A stretch of 64,000 bases of DNA, from the NCBI GenBank assembly GCA_963810935.1, contig CAWEPK010000005.1:1-64000 (forward strand), in the 5' to 3' direction. The DNA is from an uncultured delta proteobacterium. Lineage in GTDB: Bacteria; Desulfobacterota; Syntrophorhabdia; Syntrophorhabdales; WCHB1-27. Position numbers and translations under genes: made by a program. Below, piece after piece: positions 27,710 through 37,385 of the stretch. How positions within the stretch are numbered: position 1 is the stretch's first letter; the number at the start of each line of letters is the position of its first letter. The notes beneath the pieces are model-generated. The model was not told the origin of the DNA. It made no database searches and worked only from the letters and a program-made list of their open reading frames with translations.

Positions 27710-28850
27710 CTACGTCAGTGTCTCTGCGTATGCTCTCTCAAACACATCCGTAGTTATTTCCCAGTCATAGATCTTCTTCGTCTCATTTTTGCCGACATCC
27801 CCAATCCGTCTCAGACTCACTGGCCGGAAGATCGAGGACTTTCTTAACCGTCATGAAGAACTCGTCCTTATTACCCTGGTCGAACAGAAAGCCAGTTACT
27901 CCGTTTCTGATCACCTCCTGGTGACCTTCTATGTCCGACGCTATGCAGCACTTCCCTATAGAGAGGGCCTCCATCAGAGAGACGGGCAGCCCCTCATTCT
28001 TTGAAGGTGTTATGAAAGCCATGCAGTTCGACAGCAACTCGGCTTTTTCCTGCCCCGTTACCGGTCCCGTAAAGATGCAAGACCGCCCGTCCGAGCACTT
28101 CAATCTCAGTCGATGGAGATAGTCCGCCGAGGTCGAATCTTGCGGCCCACCCGCAATAACTATTTTAACCGAAGGAGGAAGCGTAACCGCCAAGTCAATT
28201 AGCCAATCGACCCTCTTGATCGGGTCAATTCGCCCGAGAAAAAGGAGGTAATCCGCTCCGTTAAGCCCATATTTCTCGCGTATCAGTTTTGGAGGCAAAG
28301 CTTGTTGCTCATTTACTCCGCTCGGCGTGAGTAAGGCCGTAACTCCGAATTGAGATTGAATCTTGTCCTGGAGATGGCGGGCAACAGCGGTAACACAGTG
28401 GGCGCGTGTCGTACCGCGTCTGAAGCCACGTTTCAGGATATACCTGGCGACTAGTCCATATTTTGGATTATCCCAGCCTGATTCAACCCCGTGAGCGGTC
28501 ACTATCGTCTTTTTGGAGCACAGCCGGATTAACGGCACGAAAAAATAGGATGCATAGCCATGAAAATGAACGATATCGAAGGGTCGGATCAACACACCCA
28601 AACAGGCAAACAAGCTGTTAGTCAGAGCATCAGTCGCTTGCAAATGGAGAGTAGGTACCCGGACTATTTTAATCCCTTTATAGACGTCCTTCCCGTAGTC
28701 TTTACAATACCATGAAGATGCGAACACGGTTACATCGTGGCCTCTCTTGGCCAACCTCTTCCCGACCTCTTCCACGTATGTCTCTATGCCACCCCATTTT
28801 GCCGGCACACCCTTTAGCCCAATCATTGCGATTCTACGTTTCGGGCTCAT
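27710..28850 (-). CDS. Glycosyltransferase family 4 (apparent +1 frameshift near 27815)
   Basis: GGIETYVEE, LGRIDPIK and EGLPVSLMEA; a typical YDWE tail continues in the shifted frame to TAG at 27710. Confidence 0.88.
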
Positions 28851-28934
28851 AACTTCATCTGCCTGCCAAACGCTCTTTGGAAACTCAATGAACCGGTTTA
28901 CCTAACAAAACTTTGCGTGAGGATATAGCGGATA

Positions 28935-30077
28935 TCACCGGCTGCCAGTGTCAGAACCCGCTGAGAGGACAGAGTGAATGAGGGACACCTCGGTTTGGAA
29001 TAACGTGGTAAAACTATATCTTTGCGCAAAACTGTAACCTTCCGCCTCCAGTTTCTCTCTCAGAGCGGCGTCACCTGCAATACTCAAGAGCGCATCGGAC
29101 ATGACCTTGACGTTTCCAGGTTCGACGAGCAGTCCATTCACACCGTCGGCTACGACGTCACTGCTCCCCGGAATACGCGTAGCTACGCAGGCTGTGCCGC
29201 AAGCCATTGCCTCTACCAAGACTCTGGGGTGGCCCTCCGACGTAACCGAAGGAAGGACAAATGCTTTAGCTCTTGCCATGTATCCCGCTAACCGCGCCTG
29301 GTCTAACGATCCCAGGAAATCGACATTTGAAATGCCTTCCCTGCTTACCAGTTCCTTTAGTGACCTCTCAGCATCGCCTCTGCCGCATATAATGAGATGG
29401 TAATTCGGAAAACGGCGCACTATTTCTTTGAAAGCGGATATCAGGACATCGACGCCTTTTGACCAATGGAGGCGGCCGGCATATACGACTTGGTCTTCTT
29501 TGGCGGGGCTTTTCTTGAAAACGTTAAAGTCAACAAAATTGGGGATGACGACGGCCTTCTTCCGGTAATTGTTCTCCGCTATCACTTTCAGCCTTTCCGT
29601 ACTGCAAATAACCAGGTCTGCCCCTCTGAACCCGCGTGCCTGCAGGAAATTAGCAAACCATTTTTTAACTCCACTGTAATTGGCACGTGTCGTGCTCGCA
29701 TAATCCCATTCGTAGCCGGCTATCACCTTGTGTCCGGCCAACGCCCTTATAAGTGGAAGTGTCGGAATCTCAACGCCGAAAGTCCGGATCAGTGCGTTCA
29801 TTGACGGCGCTCTGATGACAAGAAAGACCCAAAACAACAAGTGACGAAGTCCGTAAGTACCAATCTTAACCGGAATGGGATGGTGTTTGACGCCGAGCAG
29901 TCCCGAGTAGTTTCGTATGTCAGCCGTATAATAGTCGACCTCGAAATACCTCGCGTATTCTCGTATCATAGCCACTTGCCTGTTGAGAAAACCTGATTTC
30001 TCAAACTGTTCAAGAGTTCCGGCAGTTGCGGAAATGAGAGTAAGCCTTGGCTTTCCGGTCACTTCTTTCTCGCCCAT
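28935..30077 (-). CDS. Glycosyltransferase family 4
   Basis: AGRLHWSKG and EGHPRVLVEAMACG motifs. Confidence 0.9.
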   Translation of the reverse strand: MGEKEVTGKPRLTLISATAGTLEQFEKSGFLNRQVAMIREYARYFEVDYYTADIRNYSGLLGVKHHPIPVKIGTYGLRHLLFWVFLVIRAPSMNALIRTFGVEIPTLPLIRALAGHKVIAGYEWDYASTTRANYSGVKKWFANFLQARGFRGADLVICSTERLKVIAENNYRKKAVVIPNFVDFNVFKKSPAKEDQVVYAGRLHWSKGVDVLISAFKEIVRRFPNYHLIICGRGDAERSLKELVSREGISNVDFLGSLDQARLAGYMARAKAFVLPSVTSEGHPRVLVEAMACGTACVATRIPGSSDVVADGVNGLLVEPGNVKVMSDALLSIAGDAALREKLEAEGYSFAQRYSFTTLFQTEVSLIHSVLSAGSDTGSR

Positions 30078-30113
30078 CGCTATTCTCCTGGTCCTGAACC
30101 TGCTCCTGTTAAA

Positions 30114-30248
30114 CTAGTTTCCGGGCTGCGCCTTAAGCACGACTTTCCTCAATGTCGGGGATTTGTAGTATAGCGTACAGAAACTATATCCCTGTGTAAA
30201 GCTGTAAGCCTTCGTCCCCAGTTTCTCTCTCAAGGCGGCGTCACTTAC
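30114..30248 (-). pseudogene. Chimeric remnant: GT4 tail fused in frame to GT2 tail
   Basis: Reads DAALREKLGTKAYSFTQGYSF-CTLYYKSPTLRKVVLK; the halves match the C-termini of the 28935 and 30403 genes. Confidence 0.75.
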
Positions 30249-30402
30249 AAATGGAAGCGTCCTTCAGACATCGGAACTCCCTATTATACGAATACCAAAT
30301 TGTATTGAATATTGTGAATTATGGCGGAGCAAAAACCTTCAAGCAATTCTTGTTGACAAAAGCTTTAACAGCAACATGCGGTCAAATGTAGACTCGCCCG
30401 TT

Positions 30403-31296
30403 TTATCTATTTATCCCCATCTTGATAACAACTTTACGCAGTGAAGGACAGCGATAATACAGTGTGCCCAGCTTATCCAGAATCGGGCCCGGCATGATTC
30501 TTAAAAGTTGCAACAGAACCGTATCTTTGAGGATCAGAGACCTTAAGGCACGAACTACGTTTTCGTGAGCCGTGACATCTCTTTCAATAAGGTTAAGTTC
30601 ACGTTTTCGTACCGTGATTCTCGACTCGGTGACATTCATCTTTCCTTTCTTGCCTCTGCTCATCCCATCGGCATGCTCGTAATAATAGACCAGAGGCTCG
30701 GGAGCATAATCAAAAAGACCTTTTTCCCGTGCGACCGTCAGCCACATTGGCCAGTCATGGCAGGCCGGCATCGATAGAGGCACAAAATCGTGCAAAAACG
30801 ACTTGCGCACAACCGCGGATGAAGCCACTACGAAGTTCTTTCTTATGAGGGAATCGTAAACTTCTCCTCGATAAGGCTTGTCGAGGTCATAGACCCTGAA
30901 TATCGGTTTCGGTTCGGGGAACATCTCATTACAGACGTGCGCATCTGAATATACGAGCGCCGTATCCGGCGTGAACAGCACCATTTGCTTTTCTAACTTG
31001 TCGGGGAGCCAAGCATCATCCGAATCACATAATGCCAGATATTCGCCTTGGCTGTTCCTCATTCCCGTTTCCCTTGCTCTGCCCTCACCACCGTTTTGCT
31101 GGTATATGTATTTGTACGGTACCCCCTTAAGCAAGCTTTCCGCCACTGTCCGGCTGTCGTCGATTGAGCCATCGTCAACCACTATTACTTCAAAATCCCG
31201 AAATGTTTGGCCGACAATAGAGCTAAGGGTGAGCCCAAGAGTTGAAGCCCGATTATAAGTAGGCACAATAACACTTACTAGGGGACGCCTTTCCAT
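30403..31296 (-). CDS. Glycosyltransferase family 2
   Basis: VSVIVPTYNRA, VVDDGS and CDSDD motifs; ATG 31296. Confidence 0.92.
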   Translation of the reverse strand: MERRPLVSVIVPTYNRASTLGLTLSSIVGQTFRDFEVIVVDDGSIDDSRTVAESLLKGVPYKYIYQQNGGEGRARETGMRNSQGEYLALCDSDDAWLPDKLEKQMVLFTPDTALVYSDAHVCNEMFPEPKPIFRVYDLDKPYRGEVYDSLIRKNFVVASSAVVRKSFLHDFVPLSMPACHDWPMWLTVAREKGLFDYAPEPLVYYYEHADGMSRGKKGKMNVTESRITVRKRELNLIERDVTAHENVVRALRSLILKDTVLLQLLRIMPGPILDKLGTLYYRCPSLRKVVIKMGINR

Positions 31297-31340
31297 CAAT
31301 CTCTCCCCGCTGTCTGCCAGGGCGCGGCAGGAATCATCTA

Positions 31341-31967
31341 CCCCCGGCAAAGCCGGGGGTTTGTTAAAACCGTGAACCGCTCAAAGCGGTTAGTTGTGCG
31401 TTAGCTGCCTAAAGGCAGCTATTTGTCCTTCTCAAACAGTTTCATCTGGTCGAGCCTTCGATCTGTCTCTTCCTGGGCTTGGATGTACGCTCGTATGGCT
31501 TGCTCGTCCAACCCTATGGTCGATACGCAATAACCTCTGGCCCAAAAGCTCTGACCTACGAAGTTGCGTCTCCTGCCGCTCATCCGGGCTATGTAGATCG
31601 CGCTCTTCCCTTTGATAAAGCCTACCACCTGGGCAACGGCATACTTTGGGGGAACCGAGAGCAACACGTGGACGTGGTCCACTACCAGTTTCCCCTCCAA
31701 CACCTCGCTCTCCTTCTGCCGCGCCAGCTCCTTGATGATGGGCCCTAGCTCCTTCCTGAGATTCCCGTATAGTACCTTTTTCCGGTACTTCGGAATCCAC
31801 ACCACATGATACTTGCAATCCCATACCGTATGACATAAGCTCTGAATATCTTCCACCGAAAGCCTCCTTAACTCTGCCGACCGCCTAAACGGTTCACGGA
31901 TACAGGAGGCTTTCCTATATATTCCCGGAATTGTCAAACTCCGGGATTCCCCCGGCAGAGCCGGGGG
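31341..31967 (-). mobile_element. IS200/IS605-family element carrying tnpA only
   Basis: Near-identical subterminal hairpins CCCCCGGC-A(A/G)A-GCCGGGGG at 31341-31359 and 31949-31967 flank a Y1 transposase. Confidence 0.88.
31419..31856 (-). CDS. tnpA: IS200-type HUH (Y1) transposase
   Basis: CKYHVVWIPKYRKK, DHVH, IKGKS, FWARGY and YIQAQ motifs; GTG 31856 with AGGAGG RBS. Confidence 0.95.
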   Translation of the reverse strand: MEDIQSLCHTVWDCKYHVVWIPKYRKKVLYGNLRKELGPIIKELARQKESEVLEGKLVVDHVHVLLSVPPKYAVAQVVGFIKGKSAIYIARMSGRRRNFVGQSFWARGYCVSTIGLDEQAIRAYIQAQEETDRRLDQMKLFEKDK

Positions 31968-32003
31968 TTTACCAGAATGAAATTAAACTGCTCCTCAAAC
32001 TGG

Positions 32004-32897
32004 TCAATCGCATATTCCCGTCTTGAGAATAGCTTTCCGCATTTTAGGCCACGTATAATATATCAGGCCAAGCCTATCCAAAATCGCGGACGGCGTGATC
32101 TTGAGAACTCGTAATAAGAACATGTCTTTGAACATCAGCGACTTTATATCGCTTATAAGTTTTGCATCAACTTTGATCTCACTTTTAATCATCACAAGCT
32201 CATGTTGTCGCACCTTGATTCTCGATTCAATGACGTGTATTTTTCCCTCCTTGCCCCTGGTTAACCCACCGGTATGCTCGTAATAACGGACAAGAGGCTG
32301 AAGAACGTATTCAAAAACTCCTTTCTTGCGCGCTACCGTGAGCCACATCGGCCAGTCATGGCACGCCGATACGGACAGGGGCACATAATCTTCCAAATAC
32401 GATTTACGTACAACCACGGAAGAAGCTACTATGAAGTTCTTTCTTATCAGGTTACCGTAAACCTCCCCTCGATATGGCGTACCTAGCTCGTAACTCCTGA
32501 ATGTGGTTTTCGACTGACGGAACATCTCTCCGCACACAAGTGCATCCGAATATACAAGCGCCGTATTCGGCGTGAACAATGCCATTTGTTTTTCCAATTT
32601 ATCAGGGGACCACACATCATCAGAATCGCAGAAGGCTAGGAACTCTCCTCGTGCGACGCCTATACCGTTTGCTCTTGCGACGCCCACACCGCTGTTTGAT
32701 TGGTATATGTACTTTAACGAGCCGTATTGCGCGAAGCCTTCGACCAGAGACCGGGTCTCGTCCGTCGAACCATCGTCTATCACTATCATCTCAAAATCCC
32801 GAAATGTTTGATCAATGATGGATTGAAGCGTGCGGCCAAGGGTATCTGCCCGATTGTAAGTCGGTACAAGGATACTCACAAGCGGAGGTTGTTTCAT
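32004..32897 (-). CDS. Glycosyltransferase family 2 (paralog of the 30403 gene)
   Basis: Same GT2 motifs; shares PDKLEKQM..FTP.TALVYSDA and ACHDWPMWLTVAR. Confidence 0.92.
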   Translation of the reverse strand: MKQPPLVSILVPTYNRADTLGRTLQSIIDQTFRDFEMIVIDDGSTDETRSLVEGFAQYGSLKYIYQSNSGVGVARANGIGVARGEFLAFCDSDDVWSPDKLEKQMALFTPNTALVYSDALVCGEMFRQSKTTFRSYELGTPYRGEVYGNLIRKNFIVASSVVVRKSYLEDYVPLSVSACHDWPMWLTVARKKGVFEYVLQPLVRYYEHTGGLTRGKEGKIHVIESRIKVRQHELVMIKSEIKVDAKLISDIKSLMFKDMFLLRVLKITPSAILDRLGLIYYTWPKMRKAILKTGICD

Positions 32898-33185
32898 TTC
32901 TTTATTATCTCAAAGGCAAGACAGTTTGTCAAAACTATGAAAGCCACATCGTATTTCGTCTCTCCGCTCGAAGGCTATTTTTCCACTGAAAAAGATACTG
33001 ACTTAAGATTCTATCGAAAAGAAGGACCACCCGCCTCTTCTTCAAGGGCGGACGGATGGCATGATCTTGTGCGTTTACAACAAACGCCATCTCACGAACT
33101 TCCAGATCTGGTCCGCGTCCCTCCTTTGTCCCCTCACGAATAGGAGGGCCTCAACTTCTCACGGTAAGATAATAACGGTTTGACA

Positions 33186-34304
33186 TCAAAGCACATCATG
33201 ATAAAGCAGGGTCGGGGACCACATCGCAGAATCAAGGATACCGGCAGAGGAATGGGCCGCCCGCAGTGGCTTGACAACTAAATAAGGATTGAATTTCAAT
33301 CTGAACTTTCTCCTTTGATATGTCAGGGATTCGAAAGCTGTTGCAAACCCGAACTTGCCTGTTACCCGCCTTAAATCCGCCTCAGTCGGCCGGAACATAG
33401 TGATCCTATCACATTTCCTTCGTCGCAAGAATGTCATTGACACCGATATTGCGTCCTCGAGTATTTGCCTGCTTTGATTCTTTATTCCATAATCTACTAT
33501 CCGCCCGCTCTTCAATCCATGACGATCCCTCATAACGTCAACTACGACATACCAGACGAGCCTCCCTTGATCATTGCCTATCAGGTAGTGGAACGAGCTG
33601 CTCGGGTGGCGATCAACCCGCCATTCCATATACTTTTTAGACCGCACGAGCTCCACGACATCCCGGTTGTATAGATCATCCACTTGATTCATTATTTCCG
33701 GAAATGACCCAAATACATCGACACGTGTGTTTCCTGGGGCTCGGCCTTTACGTGCTCCCCGGCCAAATAGCTTAGCACAGAAACGACTCGTTGCTCCTCG
33801 TAAGGGGAGCTTAGGCAAAAAACGTTCTAAGACCCTTCGCCAGTTAACGACGTAGTTTAACCGTCTAATGGGTATAACCGGCTTCCAGCCACTCTTTAGA
33901 AAACCCGGCATCGAGTTCTCGTTCGGAAAACCAAAGACAAATTCACACCCGAGATCTTGATAACGGTTCTCTCCATACACTAAGAGCCGGGAAAAAATGC
34001 CTCTTCCTCGGTAAGCAGGATGGACTATTGTGTCAGATGACTGTACTGCCTTCACCTTCCTGCCGCCTATCATAAAGCATAAGGGCATGAAGCAATTTGA
34101 GCCCACTATTTTATCCCCGTCCACGGCAATTATGACATCGGGCTCACCCTCTGTAAAAGGATTCTCTAAGTGTTTCCACTGCCATTCCTGTTTTGAAACG
34201 TCAGACAACCCGATTAAGTGCAGAGATAGTACCTCGCCCAAAACCTGCTGACGGCTGGCCGTCTTAATGTCGATTCCATCCTTCAACTTTGTGTTATTGC
34301 CCAT
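33186..34304 (-). CDS. GNAT-family acyltransferase
   Basis: WQWKHLENP, DTIVHPAYRGRGIF and FGFPN motifs. Confidence 0.85.
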   Translation of the reverse strand: MGNNTKLKDGIDIKTASRQQVLGEVLSLHLIGLSDVSKQEWQWKHLENPFTEGEPDVIIAVDGDKIVGSNCFMPLCFMIGGRKVKAVQSSDTIVHPAYRGRGIFSRLLVYGENRYQDLGCEFVFGFPNENSMPGFLKSGWKPVIPIRRLNYVVNWRRVLERFLPKLPLRGATSRFCAKLFGRGARKGRAPGNTRVDVFGSFPEIMNQVDDLYNRDVVELVRSKKYMEWRVDRHPSSSFHYLIGNDQGRLVWYVVVDVMRDRHGLKSGRIVDYGIKNQSRQILEDAISVSMTFLRRRKCDRITMFRPTEADLRRVTGKFGFATAFESLTYQRRKFRLKFNPYLVVKPLRAAHSSAGILDSAMWSPTLLYHDVL

Positions 34305-34338
34305 TGACAACCGTAACGGGACTGGTTATTATGACCGC

Positions 34339-35322
34339 GTGAACGTCTCCTTTATTCCTTTTTTTAACAGGATTGTGGTCTTTGTTCACGCGGTGCCGTC
34401 TGTCGCCTGGTTTTCAGATCTGATCAAATTGCTGGGGACACTCTATCGTTTTGTTCCTTTTAAAGCCGTCGAGGACTTCTTCTATGACCCGCCTTTACGC
34501 AATCGCAGGTTCTGCCATATATCGTTTGACGACGGTGAAATCTCTGTGTACGAGAATGCATTTCCCGTCCTGAGACAACTGAATATCCCTGCGTCATTGT
34601 TTGTATCGCCGTCGATTGCCATGAACAGAACCAATTACTGGTTCCAAGAGATCAGGGGTATGGATAAAGAGCTTCTGAGAAAAGCAGTAAGTGATGCGAC
34701 ACAATGCAGCTTTAGCGCTATCGCAAAACACTCCGTCACTTCGCTTCTTAAGTCTATGACTATTGCTGATATTCAAAGCATTATCGATCAAGTACGGAAA
34801 CTCAGCCCTGCATCAGCGGTTCCCTGTAATATGTCGGAAGAGCAGCTGCTCGATTTGCAGAAATCAGGATTGTTTACAATCGGCGCCCACACAATGAACC
34901 ACCCTATTCTGAGCAATGAGCCACATGAAACCGCAAGGTTTGAGATCGTTGAATCAATACGGGGACTATCTGCCCTGTTGAATACCCGGGTCACTAGTTT
35001 TGCCTACCCCAACGGCGTTCCTGGAGTTGATTTCGGAAGGAGAGAAATAGATATACTGAAGGAAGAGGGCATAACAATAGCATTTAGCACCAGAAATAAG
35101 TGGATAGACAAGACGGACGATCCGCTTGCTGTTCCAAGAGTGGGCGTACTTTACAGTAGAGAGAGCCTGTTACCCGGCAAAATCATACTGGGACCTGTCT
35201 GGGAAAAAGCAAAGCGCATTATCAGGAGAATGACCCTAAGTCCGGCTGAAGATACAGAAAGAGCCGAGATACGGAGCATTATGTCGAGCAACAATCGGAA
35301 AAAAGGGCCTCAAGTTTCTTAA
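34339..35322 (+). CDS. Polysaccharide deacetylase (CE4/NodB-like)
   Basis: SFDDG, GAHTMNHP and FAYPNG motifs; start uncertain (GTG 34339; ORF track 34267). Confidence 0.88.
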   Translation: MNVSFIPFFNRIVVFVHAVPSVAWFSDLIKLLGTLYRFVPFKAVEDFFYDPPLRNRRFCHISFDDGEISVYENAFPVLRQLNIPASLFVSPSIAMNRTNYWFQEIRGMDKELLRKAVSDATQCSFSAIAKHSVTSLLKSMTIADIQSIIDQVRKLSPASAVPCNMSEEQLLDLQKSGLFTIGAHTMNHPILSNEPHETARFEIVESIRGLSALLNTRVTSFAYPNGVPGVDFGRREIDILKEEGITIAFSTRNKWIDKTDDPLAVPRVGVLYSRESLLPGKIILGPVWEKAKRIIRRMTLSPAEDTERAEIRSIMSSNNRKKGPQVS

Positions 35323-36388
35323 TATTCTCCTTGATATCGAATTTTTCTGCAATAAGCCCAAAGCTGTTCTCGGCAAATAGCTCGCTTTTACTCCGGTCGT
35401 TTAGCAAATTCAGTATCTTACGTGCAAGTTCTTCCCATTCACGGGGGCGTACGAGAAAACCGTTTTTGCCATCTTCTATCACTTCGGGGATACCACCGAC
35501 GCTTGAAGCTATTGCCGGTGTCTTTAATGCCATGGCCTCAAGTATGGCCGTAGGAAGACCCTCTCTGATGGAAGGGAGAACAAAAAGATCGGCTTCGGCT
35601 ACCCGTGCATACGGGACACAAACGCCGGGCATGTGAACATTGTCCTCTATGCCGAGTTCTTTCGCGTATTCAGCGAGAGAGGCCCGCTCTGCACCCTCCC
35701 CCAGGATTTCAAGTTGACAATCGGGGTAAGATTTGACCACATCCTTCAAAGCCCTGAGAAGGAATCGGTGACCTTTGATGGAACGAAGGCTTCCTACCGA
35801 CACGATTGTCGGCTTTCTTTTATCGGTGCGGTCGCGAGACACTTGAAATTCCCTGATAGCCTCAAAATCAATCGAATTATAGATTACCTTGACTCTGTCC
35901 TCGGCGATCCCGAAGTTGGAAATAAGGTCCTGCTTTGACGCCTCGCAGGGCGCCACTATGCAGTCGATGCTGCCATACCTGTTTCGGAGCCATAGCTTCA
36001 ATATGGGCGCCAGGCGTGATTCCGTAAGCTGCTGCGAGAGTATGGTCTCTTCATTGGCTACGTGTTTGGGCCGTTTGTTGCCGGATAGTTTTACGGCCAG
36101 GGACGCTACGCTGCTTGCATAGTCCACTCTGCTGTATAGTATATCCGGCTTTTCCTCACGTATCACGCGGGCGAGCTTTAAGACAAGGCTGCCTATGCTC
36201 CAGCGGCTCTTCTTTTCCAGATCATATATTTTGATGTTCGCCGGAACGGTTTCTGAGGTTTCATTGAAAAGGCACAATGCGGTGGAAAACCGTGATGCCG
36301 GCAAATTGTGAAGCACCAGGGCCATCTGTCTTTCCGCTCCGCCATACCCTATGCCGCCCGGCATCACGCATAACACTTTCATGGCCAT
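35279..36388 (-). CDS. Glycosyltransferase family 4
   Basis: GGAERQ, GSLRSIKG and EGLPTAILEAMA motifs. Confidence 0.92.
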   Translation of the reverse strand: MAMKVLCVMPGGIGYGGAERQMALVLHNLPASRFSTALCLFNETSETVPANIKIYDLEKKSRWSIGSLVLKLARVIREEKPDILYSRVDYASSVASLAVKLSGNKRPKHVANEETILSQQLTESRLAPILKLWLRNRYGSIDCIVAPCEASKQDLISNFGIAEDRVKVIYNSIDFEAIREFQVSRDRTDKRKPTIVSVGSLRSIKGHRFLLRALKDVVKSYPDCQLEILGEGAERASLAEYAKELGIEDNVHMPGVCVPYARVAEADLFVLPSIREGLPTAILEAMALKTPAIASSVGGIPEVIEDGKNGFLVRPREWEELARKILNLLNDRSKSELFAENSFGLIAEKFDIKENIKKLEALFSDCCST

Positions 36389-36456
36389 TCGAAACGCCTT
36401 TTTCTTAATTCATTGGCTTTATTCGTTGTAGCCCATCTTAACAATGGGGTAGGCTA

Positions 36457-37275
36457 TCATTTTACCGCCGCATACAAACAACCTGTAAAGACAACGTCAG
36501 CAACATATTTGAGAAATTTACTCCTCCTTACCACTCTGAGCGGCAAATTGTATCTCCCCATATTCGAATCCTCCGCCAGGATGTCCCACCGGTCAAATAC
36601 TTTTCTAAAGCCGTGCTCAAAAAGCAGCCGTCGTCCTTTGGCGGGCGTAAACCAATTGATGGCCGGCGTATCTGTATATCCGACCAGCTCGGGTCTATTC
36701 AATTTTGCCCAATTCATTATCTTCAGCTTGAGAGGGTTGGGATACCATCCGAAAAAAGGGAAACCACTGATTTCAGCTTGCTTAGGGCACATCGCGCTCG
36801 CCGCGTTGAACACGAAAACACCCCCTGGCTTGAGCACCCTATAGACTTCCACAAAGGCTTTCTCGACGTCGTTTACATGCTCTATTACAGACATTGCAAT
36901 TACGAAATCGAAGCTATCAGCTTTGAATGGCACTGCCTCCACCACGCCACCCGCCATCTCTATAGTTATTCCCATATAATCCGACAACCGTTTGGCGTTA
37001 TGACGGGCCATATCAACCGGCTCGAGACCGACGCAACGATAACCCAGTTCCCGGCTGGCTATAAGGAACTCTCCCTGTGCAGCGCCAACCTCCAGTATGA
37101 CTATGTTTGGGCATGAGGGCTTCAGAATACCCAAGCGCGAGATCATCTTTTCAGCTACATGCCTTTTGGCCTGCAAGCCTTCGAGGATTTCGTCGAAGCT
37201 CCTTTTTTCCTTTGCGAAACATTTCTTTACAGGTGCTCCGGAAGCCGCCCGTTTTGTCGTTCTCATAACCATCAT
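36457..37275 (-). CDS. Class I SAM-dependent methyltransferase
   Basis: ILEVGAAQG, SFDFV..SVIEHV and RVLKPGG motifs. Confidence 0.88.
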   Translation of the reverse strand: MMVMRTTKRAASGAPVKKCFAKEKRSFDEILEGLQAKRHVAEKMISRLGILKPSCPNIVILEVGAAQGEFLIASRELGYRCVGLEPVDMARHNAKRLSDYMGITIEMAGGVVEAVPFKADSFDFVIAMSVIEHVNDVEKAFVEVYRVLKPGGVFVFNAASAMCPKQAEISGFPFFGWYPNPLKLKIMNWAKLNRPELVGYTDTPAINWFTPAKGRRLLFEHGFRKVFDRWDILAEDSNMGRYNLPLRVVRRSKFLKYVADVVFTGCLYAAVK

Positions 37276-37385
37276 CTCCTTCCGAGGGGAGGATCTACAA
37301 GGTACATCTGTTGGGCGTGGTTTTTACGAGTGGGCGCGATCTCAATACTCCTTTGAAATGGTCGGCTTTCAAAGGAATGCATCCG

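Noticed and set aside
31341..31422. Clustered palindromes as a CRISPR or REP array
   Set aside because: They are not repeated with spacers; they are the end structures of the IS200-type element.
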